64,000 nt of DNA from Candidatus Curtissbacteria bacterium (GTDB lineage Bacteria; Patescibacteriota; Microgenomatia; Curtissbacterales; GWA2-41-24), in assembly GCA_038326365.1 (NCBI GenBank), contig JBBQJY010000002.1, positions 17,960 through 81,959 of the forward strand, written 5' to 3'. Below the pieces are notes generated by a model. The model saw only the letters and a program-made list of their open reading frames with translations. It did no database searches and was not told where the DNA came from. Within the stretch, counting starts at the first letter, position 1. Each line of letters opens with the position of its first letter. Shown here piece after piece: positions 20,908-29,761 of the stretch. The translations under genes were made by a program, and so were the position numbers.

Positions 20908-21446
20908 TGGAAAAAGAAATCATAGAAATAGTAAACAAAAAAGGCCAAGTGGTAACAAAATCAAGAAGATCTACTGCTTACAAAAAGGGCCTACTTCATA
21001 AAGCTGTTAATATTTTGATTTTCAACAAAAAAGGTGAAATTTTTTTGCAAAAAAGATCAAAAATAAAATCATCGTTTCCATTACATTGGGACATTAGCTG
21101 CTCTGAGCATTTAAAACCTAATGAATCATATAAAGAAGCTGCGCTTCGCGGCCTAATTGAAGAACTCTCCATTAAGACCTCGATTAAAATATTAAGAAAA
21201 AAACATCATCAGCAGAGCAAGTTCTACAAAAAAGGACAACAAATCATAGAGAATGAACTTGTTGTCCTTTACCAAGGTACATATGACGGAAAAATAAAAA
21301 TGGACAAAAATGAAGTTTATAGCGGGAAATTTTTGAGCCTTAAAAAAGTTAAGACTCTTCTTTTAACACCTGAAACAAGGTTCACACCCTGGGCAAAAGA
21401 TGAATTAGAATTTCTACTTAAAGAGTTCCCTTTTAAAATCCATTAA
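20907..21446 (+). CDS. Nudix hydrolase / IDI1-like protein
   Basis: LLHKAV, FLQKRS..K..FP.HWD, ESYKEAALRGLIEEL, ENE, FTPW. Confidence 0.85.
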   Translation: MEKEIIEIVNKKGQVVTKSRRSTAYKKGLLHKAVNILIFNKKGEIFLQKRSKIKSSFPLHWDISCSEHLKPNESYKEAALRGLIEELSIKTSIKILRKKHHQQSKFYKKGQQIIENELVVLYQGTYDGKIKMDKNEVYSGKFLSLKKVKTLLLTPETRFTPWAKDELEFLLKEFPFKIH

Positions 21447-21472
21447 CTACAAACACTCATCTTTACTTAAAC

Positions 21473-21778
21473 TTACTTTTGCAACAAATAATTACGAAGA
21501 TCAACATTCATATCGCTCACAAAGCCCACACCCTCTGCCATAAGCCTTCTTCTTTGCTCTTGCCAACCATCAAAAGCAAAGTTTGGTGCCACTCTTCCAT
21601 TTCTATCTACCACTCGATGACACGGCACATCCGCCTGATTATTTGAGTGCAGCATCCATCCAACCTCACGCGCTCCTTTGGGTTTTCCCAAAATCAAAGC
21701 AACTTGCCCATAGGTAACAACTTTGCCTTTCGGAACTTTTTTTACAACCTCAAAAACCTTTTCTCTAAAATTTTTCAT
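21473..21778 (-). CDS. MGMT family (O6-methylguanine-DNA methyltransferase-like) protein
   Basis: VPKGKVVTYGQVA, AREVG, VPCHRVV. Confidence 0.9.
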   Translation of the reverse strand: MKNFREKVFEVVKKVPKGKVVTYGQVALILGKPKGAREVGWMLHSNNQADVPCHRVVDRNGRVAPNFAFDGWQEQRRRLMAEGVGFVSDMNVDLRNYLLQK

Positions 21779-21788
21779 TCGCCCTTTT

Positions 21789-22340
21789 TCAATTAAATTT
21801 GTTCATCGTCGCTTCAATTCCATCCGCTAAATAAGAATTGACAGCATCGATCGATTTTTCCATTATTTTTGGTAGTTTAAGCACTTCAGAATCACTAAAA
21901 TCCTCAAGCAAAAAACTTGCCGTTTCTTGCCTTGGATTAATAGGTCGACCCACACCGACCCTGAGTCTTCCAAAGTCTATACCTCCCAGACTTTCAACAA
22001 TAGAATCAATTCCGTGGTGTCCTGCAGAAACGCCGTCGAAAGCCAAGCGTACTTTTCCAAAGGGCAAGTCAAGATCATCATAGACAATCAATATATTCTT
22101 AGAATGAATTTTATAAAACTCGGCAACCGCAACTACCGCCAAACCGCTTTCATTCATAAAAGTTGTAGGTTTTATAAAAACAGTTTTAGCATTTTTACAC
22201 CAATAACAAACCCAGTCGGGGCTATAACTCCAAGTAAGCCCCTCCGTTGTCAGATACGAATCAGCAATCATAAAACCCAAATTATGTCGATTTTTTTTGT
22301 ACTTATTTCCTGGATTTCCAAGACCAACAATTAGCTGCAT
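21789..22340 (-). CDS. pth: peptidyl-tRNA hydrolase
   Basis: IVGLGNPG, RHNLGF, KPTTFMNESG, DDLDLPFG, GHHG. Confidence 0.95.
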   Translation of the reverse strand: MQLIVGLGNPGNKYKKNRHNLGFMIADSYLTTEGLTWSYSPDWVCYWCKNAKTVFIKPTTFMNESGLAVVAVAEFYKIHSKNILIVYDDLDLPFGKVRLAFDGVSAGHHGIDSIVESLGGIDFGRLRVGVGRPINPRQETASFLLEDFSDSEVLKLPKIMEKSIDAVNSYLADGIEATMNKFN

Positions 22341-22678
22341 CAGCTAACCACTCTTTCTGCAATCTGTCCAAATACTGGAAATTTATAGATCTTTCCATGT
22401 CTTGCTCCTAAAAACCCCAGCAGACAAAAACCCACGATAAGAATCCACAATAAGAATCCCAAAAAGTTAGAAATTACTGAAAAAATTCCCAATGGTGCAA
22501 AAAAAATGCCTAATAAAAAATTCAGAATAATAAGGCTCAAAGTGGAGATTAAAGATTGCATTGCATGAAATCGAATGAATTTATCGTCCTGCTCTACCAT
22601 TAAAATCACAAAACCTGTTACAAAACCCAGTACATATGAAATTGATGCTACTTGTCGACGTGATGAATCAATAATCAT
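22340..22678 (-). CDS. DUF4870-like membrane protein
   Basis: FIRFHAMQS and YKFPVFG pattern; 3 TM segments. Confidence 0.75.
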   Translation of the reverse strand: MIIDSSRRQVASISYVLGFVTGFVILMVEQDDKFIRFHAMQSLISTLSLIILNFLLGIFFAPLGIFSVISNFLGFLLWILIVGFCLLGFLGARHGKIYKFPVFGQIAERVVS

Positions 22679-23302
22679 TTAAATCAAAGTGAGTTGAGAA
22701 CTTTTCTCCTCACCTTCTTTTTCTGACATATCAACTTTATCACTAAGTGCAAGTTTAATTGCATTAAAATCTAGCTTTAAGGCATTCATAACTGCCCCAT
22801 TTCTCAATGCAGCTGCTGGGTGATACATGGGCAATACTATTTGCTTTTTTCCTAAAAAATCTACAACATATTTTTTGCCGTGAACTTGAGAAATTTTTAC
22901 GTCCGGCAAAAATTTACCCATTGAAAAACGACCCAAGGTAACTATAATTTTTGGACCAATTATCTTAATTTCCTCATCAACGTACCCACAAAAGGCAGAA
23001 ATCTCATCTGGTTCCGGATCCCGATTTCCGGGCGGTCTGAACCTAACAACATTGGAAATGTAAACGTCCGCCCGCTTTAAACCAATTTGCTCAATCAAGG
23101 TGTTTAAAAACTTTCCAGCCAGTCCCACAAAAGGTTTCCCTTCACGATCCTCATAAAATCCTGGCGCTTCACCTAAAAAATAAATCTCAGCATCAGGATT
23201 TCCGTCTCCAAAAACAAGCTGCGTTGCACCGCTTCTGAGAGGCAAAGTCACATCCTCATTCATCCTTTTTTTAAGATCATCTAAAGCCTGGATTTTATCC
23301 AT
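22679..23302 (-). CDS. uracil-DNA glycosylase, family 4
   Basis: GEAPG..ED..GKPFVG, RPPGNRDP, LGRFS, YHPAAAL; start uncertain (23302 or 23326). Confidence 0.92.
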   Translation of the reverse strand: MDKIQALDDLKKRMNEDVTLPLRSGATQLVFGDGNPDAEIYFLGEAPGFYEDREGKPFVGLAGKFLNTLIEQIGLKRADVYISNVVRFRPPGNRDPEPDEISAFCGYVDEEIKIIGPKIIVTLGRFSMGKFLPDVKISQVHGKKYVVDFLGKKQIVLPMYHPAAALRNGAVMNALKLDFNAIKLALSDKVDMSEKEGEEKSSQLTLI

Positions 23303-23334
23303 AAAGTCACACTCATTTTTAGCCAAAAACGGAC

Positions 23335-24585
23335 CTATGTCAAGGGAACACTCGAAGAAGGATGGATTGCATCAACAGAAGGATTTTCTTTATCTAAAGT
23401 CGCGCCCAAATTCTCCATTTTTTTCAAAAGGAGCAAGAAACAAGCGTTTGTCCAGCCAAAACCGCTTTGAGTTGGATACCTGTCGGGCACTCCAATTTCT
23501 CCAGAAACCACATCATATTTCTCCCAAAGTTGTTCACTTTGTTCAAAAACTTTAATGTTCACTGCCAACCATTTTTTTATAAGCGTTGCAGCCAAATCAT
23601 CGTATCCATATTTTATAAGCCCTTCCACAATTAAATATTGTTGCAGCGGCCAACCGTTAGGGTAATCCCATTGCAAACCTTTTTGAAATTTTTCAGATTG
23701 AACGATACCCCAGTCGCACTCCAAAACTTTCTCAACTACAGAAACCATTTTCTTCACTTGATCATTCCTGGCAAAACCCGCAATCATTGGGAAAAGTCCG
23801 GCCACAGTAATTACTGGTACTTGTTTTAATTTGGCAAAATTAAAGTCAAAAAAGAAACCACTTTTCTCGTTCCACATCAGCTCTTCTATTGTTTTTGCCC
23901 GACTTCTGGCCAGTTTGTTGTACATTTCTTCTTTTTTAAATTCCTCAAGCAACCCAAATGCCTTTGCCAAATCCCGCTCGTATTGATATAAAAGACAGTT
24001 AAGATCAACAGGCAGGATGTTCAAAGCACCCTGCTCAAACCTCACAGTGTTATCCCACCCAGATTCTGCCATTGCCAGCTCATCTGAAATATTAATGTCG
24101 TAGTAACGCGACAGGCCCGCATGCACTTTCCTGTGATGAGGGTGGTCCTCAGAGAGCCAAACATTCTCATATTCTTTTTCGACATACCCAATTGCACGTC
24201 TGAACCATTTAAAGTCTCGCGTTTTATCAAAAACATCCCAAACCATCTGAGACAAAAACGGAGGTTGTGAACGCGAAAGAAAATACATCCGAGAAGCATT
24301 GGGAACAAAGCCAAAACGCTCCACTTCGTAAAGCAGATTCTCAACCATGCCAATTGCTAAATTCTGATGTTTTTTAGATTCAAGAAGTGCCTTAACAACT
24401 GGATAACTATCCCAATAAAACTGTTCTTCAAAAAACTTCTCAGCAGGAATGATAAACGGTTTGGGCAAACCAATCAGTGTTCCACTATCCTTTGGATGAA
24501 ATCTGGTTATTTTTGGCCAATAAGCGTCTATATATTTGAGTACCTTTTGAATTTTTTCAGGGGTTAAGTACTTCTCAGAGGGCAT
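23335..24585 (-). CDS. alpha,alpha-trehalase (GH37)
   Basis: EQFYWDSY, VPNASR.YFLSRSQPP, AESGWD, PVDLN, QWDYPNGW, EKYD, GFGWTN. Confidence 0.93.
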   Translation of the reverse strand: MPSEKYLTPEKIQKVLKYIDAYWPKITRFHPKDSGTLIGLPKPFIIPAEKFFEEQFYWDSYPVVKALLESKKHQNLAIGMVENLLYEVERFGFVPNASRMYFLSRSQPPFLSQMVWDVFDKTRDFKWFRRAIGYVEKEYENVWLSEDHPHHRKVHAGLSRYYDINISDELAMAESGWDNTVRFEQGALNILPVDLNCLLYQYERDLAKAFGLLEEFKKEEMYNKLARSRAKTIEELMWNEKSGFFFDFNFAKLKQVPVITVAGLFPMIAGFARNDQVKKMVSVVEKVLECDWGIVQSEKFQKGLQWDYPNGWPLQQYLIVEGLIKYGYDDLAATLIKKWLAVNIKVFEQSEQLWEKYDVVSGEIGVPDRYPTQSGFGWTNACFLLLLKKMENLGATLDKENPSVDAIHPSSSVPLT

Positions 24586-24642
24586 AACTCCATTTAAGAA
24601 GATATAGCTGAAGCTAGCAAGAGGCTAAATTATTTTGTAATT

Positions 24643-24810
24643 GTTTGTAGAAATTATCACCGGGGATCTGCCTTTGCCTTGCTACACTTTGTTTAAAGTG
24701 CTCTTATGCAACCGCGGTCAACACCGTACGCACCGCCTCAAGTCTTTTTGGATCAACCTGTGCTTGGGATAAAACGGGAAATTCGCTTATTTCTATTCTT
24801 TCCACAAAAA
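24643..24810. ncRNA. unassigned structured RNA candidate upstream of the trehalase gene
   Basis: End-to-end pairing TTTGTGGAAA/TTTCTACAAA enclosing hairpins CAAG..CTTG, GCGGT..ACCGC and TTGC-GCACTTT/AAAGTGT-GCAA; minus-strand TAGAAT at 24813-24818. Confidence 0.45.
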
Positions 24811-24815
24811 GAATT

Positions 24816-26555
24816 CTACTTTTTCTTATACTGATTTTCAAATAGCTTTTTCAGCTCATCTACTGTTGTTGCATCCTCTGCTCTCTTGTCCTCTTCTCGA
24901 AATTTGACAAGCCTCGGAAACCTCAATGCAAAACCTGTTTCCGTTTTTTCGTCCCATCCGGCAACGTGTATTGGCGATCTTGTTATTTCATCAGCATAAA
25001 TTTCCAAAACAACCTCAGGCTCTACCCAGTAAGTCGGCTCAACTTTGGACCTAACGCGGGCCGGCTTATGACTGACTCTCAATTTCTTGGCGATCTCATT
25101 TATTTTTCTAAACTCATCGTCAGTTAAACCCGTACCAAGTCTACTTATAGATTCAAAAACATCATCACGTTTGTTATAAATGCCAATCAATAGTCCCCCA
25201 ACCCCAAATTCCGTCCTTTTACCCTTTCCTGCATATACACCTAAAAGTACGCAATCAACAGTGTCTGTTAGATCTCCACTGCTTGCCCGCTTAAATTTAA
25301 TCCAATGAAAACCTCGCCCACCAGCTTTATATGGGGCATCTAATTTTTTAATCATCAAACCCTCCAAACCCTCACTTATGCACTCATTAAAGAATTCCAA
25401 TATTTCTTTGGCAGTAGAAATTATTCGTTGCTCTGCAATGCGAATGGTTATGTTTTCCCTGGAAACTACTTTTTCCAGCAGTTTTCTTCTCTCTGCTTCT
25501 ACTTTCCCAGTAATATCCTCACCATTTAAGTACAAAATATCAAAGGCAAAACTAACCAGTGGAAGCGCTTTAGCTGTTTCTTCTACCTTATATTTTCTTC
25601 TCCTCTTTGTAGTTTCTTGAAACGGCAAAAATTCCGAGGTTAACGGGTTATAAGCAATTGCTTCGCCTTCCATAATTACAGACTTTGCCCGAACTTCCTT
25701 CAAAACTCCAACTGCCAAATCAGGGAAAGAATGCGTCATGTCCTCTAAATTGCGTGAGAAAATCTCAACTTTGTCTCCATTTTTGTGGATTTGAACCCGG
25801 AAGCCATCAAATTTAGGTTCGGCCGCAAATTTGTCTCCCATGCGCTTAACAACTTCATCCGCATTGGGCATTCGCTCCGCAAGAGCAGGTCTAACCGGCT
25901 TACCGATTATGATTTTGACCGACGCCAAACCTTTTTCTCCACCTTTGTAAAAAATCTCGGCTACATATCCAAGATCGCTTGTCTTGTTGTAGGCATCTTC
26001 AATAACGGGACGCAGCTTTTTGTCTCCAGTTTTAGCAATCGAAAGCGCGTCCATAACCGTTGGGTCACCAATTCCCAACCTCAACGTTCCAAGGGGTATA
26101 TTTACAACATGTTTTACAGATTTTGGATCGAGCTTTTTTAGAAGCTCTGCCAGTGTGCCAACTTTTTTGTCAACCGTCCCTTCACCACTAAACTTAGCAA
26201 TTGTTAGAAGATTTTCAAAAACATCGGCAACAGATAAATTACCTGTGTGCTCGTGTTTCTTTGCCAAATCTTGTGCCGCCAAACCCATATTGCCAAGTTT
26301 TCTATAATCCTTAATTACCTCCTCTTTCGATTTGTTAAACGCACGGCCAATTGCAACCGCCACTAAATTCTCACTCATCCCAAATTCAATTGGCTCATAA
26401 AACGGCGCGACACGACCCTGAAGCAAATAACTGATTTTGCCAACTTCTACGCTTTCAGAGTGGCCAAAAAGATCCGCCATAATGTCGATCAGCTCTAAGC
26501 GTTTACTTGTTGCCTCTAATTTTTCCAGATATTCACTAAATTTTGAAAATTTCAT
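24816..26555 (-). CDS. ATP-dependent DNA ligase (full length: DBD, NTase and OB domains)
   Basis: EPKFDGFRVQIH, EGEAI, FDILYLNG, EGLMIK, WIKFK, LRFPR. Confidence 0.95.
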   Translation of the reverse strand: MKFSKFSEYLEKLEATSKRLELIDIMADLFGHSESVEVGKISYLLQGRVAPFYEPIEFGMSENLVAVAIGRAFNKSKEEVIKDYRKLGNMGLAAQDLAKKHEHTGNLSVADVFENLLTIAKFSGEGTVDKKVGTLAELLKKLDPKSVKHVVNIPLGTLRLGIGDPTVMDALSIAKTGDKKLRPVIEDAYNKTSDLGYVAEIFYKGGEKGLASVKIIIGKPVRPALAERMPNADEVVKRMGDKFAAEPKFDGFRVQIHKNGDKVEIFSRNLEDMTHSFPDLAVGVLKEVRAKSVIMEGEAIAYNPLTSEFLPFQETTKRRRKYKVEETAKALPLVSFAFDILYLNGEDITGKVEAERRKLLEKVVSRENITIRIAEQRIISTAKEILEFFNECISEGLEGLMIKKLDAPYKAGGRGFHWIKFKRASSGDLTDTVDCVLLGVYAGKGKRTEFGVGGLLIGIYNKRDDVFESISRLGTGLTDDEFRKINEIAKKLRVSHKPARVRSKVEPTYWVEPEVVLEIYADEITRSPIHVAGWDEKTETGFALRFPRLVKFREEDKRAEDATTVDELKKLFENQYKKK

Positions 26556-27017
26556 CTATCCTATCTTTTCCCGTCTACCAGCTTCCCCTTCAACTAAATA
26601 CTTTTTCTTCCCCTCTGTGGACAAACTGTATTTCGAAAGTACTACTGGGTCTCTTTCCACTTCTTCGGTTACAAGATCAAAAATACCCGTAAGTCTCAAC
26701 TTTTTATCTATTACATCACCGCTTTTTGTACTCATCATGTTAAGTGCAACCAAAGGTAGTTTTCTCGCAGGTAGACCAAAAGCCTCCGCATCTGCAGATT
26801 TTATTTCTCGCCTTGTTATCCTTTCTACAGCAACTTCAATTGGCCTTCGACCATCCAAAACCGCCTGAGGTTTAAATGGATTTCTGATCATGTCAGCTCG
26901 ATCCACAGAACTACCAATTAATCTATGTTCAACAAAGGTCAGTATTGACGAATCTTCTATCTTGTACGGGTCTTCATCACTCATTTTAAAATGTGCACTG
27001 CTCCTTTTCTTGTACAT
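26556..27017 (-). CDS. hypothetical protein
   Basis: 153-aa ORF filling the gap in a co-directional gene run. Confidence 0.6.
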   Translation of the reverse strand: MYKKRSSAHFKMSDEDPYKIEDSSILTFVEHRLIGSSVDRADMIRNPFKPQAVLDGRRPIEVAVERITRREIKSADAEAFGLPARKLPLVALNMMSTKSGDVIDKKLRLTGIFDLVTEEVERDPVVLSKYSLSTEGKKKYLVEGEAGRREKIG

Positions 27018-27029
27018 TTCTTCATATAA

Positions 27030-28292
27030 CTAAGCCGCTTGCTCCGCTTTTCGTGAACGTGCCGGCGTCCATGTTTGTCCTCTATCCAAACTAAAATCAA
27101 GCCGTTCTGATGGAATAGGGCGGCGGGTTGCAACACTAAGCGAGATACCAGTAAGTTGTTCTTTTTCTCCAAGCCCAAAATCCTTAGCTACTTCTGGCAT
27201 TTCATTTAGACGAAATCGAAACAATACACCCTCCCCCTCATTACCCGGATTGGCCACATTTGCACTATCCCATCCAGTAAAAAAAATAGTGCCGGGCTCT
27301 TTGGATCTTTTTCCGCTTGGTTGTAAACCTTGTTGAGATATGCTGGGAAGCTTAATACGACTAGTCCCATGATACGCATATTCGTAAACTTCCGATTCGT
27401 CGTTAGGAACGATCTCATCTTTTAGACTGTCTACCAATGTTTTAATCTCTAGTTGTTTTTTTTCATACCCTGCGTTTTGTTTTTCTACAACTCGCTCTAT
27501 AATTCCTTTCAAATATTGCCCTCCTGACTCCTGGACCTGTCTTTTTGAAGATAATGTAAAATATCCTTCTTTCCCAGTTTCCACAACAGAAATGCCAGTT
27601 GAAACTTCACCAGCCTTGCGACCAACGATACCTTCTCTATCAAAAGACAATTCAAATTGAACCCTGTCATACTCACTAGTATTTAAGAGGAAATTAAAAT
27701 TAGTATCTCTATCTAATTCTGGTGATTCACTATAAATTCTTTTTAAAGAATCTCTCATGTTATTTAGCGAAATTGAAGCAGTTTCTTTATCAGCTAAAGG
27801 AGGAGTGGATAATCTTATGGTCAAACCAGGAACATGTCGAATACTAGAACTTTTAGTTTTTTCTTCCTGGTAGCAAGCCTTAATGTATAATCCAGTTTTC
27901 TCGTCAAATATACCATCCGTAATATCCCCTCCCTCTTCCCCATAGGAAATATTGTAAGCAGATCGTTCAGAATCAACGGAAATTTTTGTCATAAGATCAC
28001 AAATCGACTCCATTGTTTCCTGCTTTACTGGCTCCACTTCTGCATTTTCTGTTGGGGGTTTTTGATCTGAAATATCAACTGTTTTATCTGCTTCAAGTCC
28101 TTGGCAGTCGTCTTCAAAACTATTCTCAGATACAGACTCACTGGTTACACTAACACGCCTAGTCTTAATTTTTCCAAGTAATTCGTTAAGCCGGGAAACT
28201 TTAGACTGGCCATCTTTTTGTACAAATTTCTCCTCTGGCTTGTTAACATCATTTACATTCGCTTCCTTCTCCCCTAACCCAAGCTCACTCAT
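27030..28292 (-). CDS. hypothetical protein with C-terminal ADP-ribosyltransferase-like (Tpt1/KptA-type) domain
   Basis: YAYHGTS....SISQQGLQP...IFFT...VLFRF...PIPSERL. Confidence 0.6.
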   Translation of the reverse strand: MSELGLGEKEANVNDVNKPEEKFVQKDGQSKVSRLNELLGKIKTRRVSVTSESVSENSFEDDCQGLEADKTVDISDQKPPTENAEVEPVKQETMESICDLMTKISVDSERSAYNISYGEEGGDITDGIFDEKTGLYIKACYQEEKTKSSSIRHVPGLTIRLSTPPLADKETASISLNNMRDSLKRIYSESPELDRDTNFNFLLNTSEYDRVQFELSFDREGIVGRKAGEVSTGISVVETGKEGYFTLSSKRQVQESGGQYLKGIIERVVEKQNAGYEKKQLEIKTLVDSLKDEIVPNDESEVYEYAYHGTSRIKLPSISQQGLQPSGKRSKEPGTIFFTGWDSANVANPGNEGEGVLFRFRLNEMPEVAKDFGLGEKEQLTGISLSVATRRPIPSERLDFSLDRGQTWTPARSRKAEQAA

Positions 28293-28313
28293 AAATAATA
28301 TCGTACCTTTCTC

Positions 28314-29366
28314 CTACCGGAGAATGTAAACTGCTCCTTTCGTACTACCCTTCTTCTTCACCAACTTTTTCTTCTGTAAATCCTTCATGTCTCGCAAAAT
28401 AGTGTCATCGCTGAAATCTCGAAGAACATTTCTCCACTGTTTGTTGTTTATAGAACCATTGGCCTCCATAAATTCAACTAGCTTTACTTGTCTACTGGAA
28501 AGTGCAATCTGGCCCGTTCTACCTTTGAGCTTGGAGTCCAAAGAAAGCTTTTGAACTTTCTTTTTAACTGCGTCCAGTTCTTCTGCCAAACCCTCGCAAA
28601 AATATTCTAGCCAGCCTGTTAAGTCCCTCTCTGATAAACTATTTACTTTTTGGTTGGAAACCGACTGAAGGATTTCATAATACCTCTTAGCATTTCTATC
28701 GAAATACTCCTCGATTGAGAAAAACTTTTTAATGTCGTAGCCTTCGCGAAATAAAACAAGAGTAGCAAAAGCCCTGCTTGCACGGCCATTACCATCAACA
28801 AAAGGATGAATGAAAGCCAAAACGTAGTGCGTAATCCCAGCTTTAAGAACAGGATGTACATCCTCAGCATCAACAGAGTTGAGCCAATCCATAAAATCAG
28901 TTACTAATTTTTTTACCTGTGGAGCTTCTGGTGGTTTAAAGCTGACCTCACCAGTTTTAGAATTCTTAACAACAACTTGATTTAGGCGATAAACGCCAGA
29001 TGTTGCAGCTGGCAGTACTTTATCAACTGTTAGCCTGTGAATAGCCAACAAATCCCGCTCACCAACATCTCTTTTGGCTTTTTTATCAATATAGTTCAAA
29101 ACTCTTCGATAGTTCAAAACCTCCTGAATATCTCGATCCCTCGCATCTATAATTTCACCTTCCAGAACCGCAGCAACTTCCCCGGTATCCAACTCGTTGC
29201 CTTCAATATGGGTTCCATGATGAACTGTACGTATAATCGCCTCTTGTCGAAAACGATCCTCATAAGCGGGTACAAGTGGGGCACTTTCAATGACCTCCCG
29301 AGAAGCCTCAATACGGCCAATGTATTTGAGAATTAAATTAGATACTTTATATTTAGGTGCATACAC
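28314..29366 (-). CDS. Fic family protein with C-terminal wHTH
   Basis: HPFVDGNGRASR Fic motif; THIEGN helix; GTG start. Confidence 0.93.
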   Translation of the reverse strand: MYAPKYKVSNLILKYIGRIEASREVIESAPLVPAYEDRFRQEAIIRTVHHGTHIEGNELDTGEVAAVLEGEIIDARDRDIQEVLNYRRVLNYIDKKAKRDVGERDLLAIHRLTVDKVLPAATSGVYRLNQVVVKNSKTGEVSFKPPEAPQVKKLVTDFMDWLNSVDAEDVHPVLKAGITHYVLAFIHPFVDGNGRASRAFATLVLFREGYDIKKFFSIEEYFDRNAKRYYEILQSVSNQKVNSLSERDLTGWLEYFCEGLAEELDAVKKKVQKLSLDSKLKGRTGQIALSSRQVKLVEFMEANGSINNKQWRNVLRDFSDDTILRDMKDLQKKKLVKKKGSTKGAVYILR

Positions 29367-29373
29367 TACTTAA

Positions 29374-29760
29374 TTATCGCACATTTCCCGCAGAATTTGA
29401 AGTCACAGAATCAGCTAACAAAGCTTCTATTGCAAGTTTACAATGAACTAACTCTCGTGCTCTTAAAGTGGAACCTGGACCTAAAACAATCATCCTATTG
29501 GCGTCTTCAAGATCAATAGTCAAAATATTTTTCATGACTGGTTCTACTCCACTCAAGGTGAATTGTTGACCAATCTCGCCGATGGCAAATACACCAACAT
29601 AGCTTAAGACTTTGGGCCGAAAAGTAACTTTATCGAGTAAAGTTCTAGGAAGCATCTTGCCCTTTGCTTCAAGAAGATCACATAAAATTTGGCGTGACCC
29701 CTGTGACCTCTGTTGTAAATCACCAGGTGCATCATAATGTGAAGCTAGTTCTTGATTCAT
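29374..29760 (-). CDS. hypothetical protein
   Basis: ORF directly after the recF stop; ATG at 29760. Confidence 0.55.
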   Translation of the reverse strand: MNQELASHYDAPGDLQQRSQGSRQILCDLLEAKGKMLPRTLLDKVTFRPKVLSYVGVFAIGEIGQQFTLSGVEPVMKNILTIDLEDANRMIVLGPGSTLRARELVHCKLAIEALLADSVTSNSAGNVR

Positions 29761-29761
29761 T

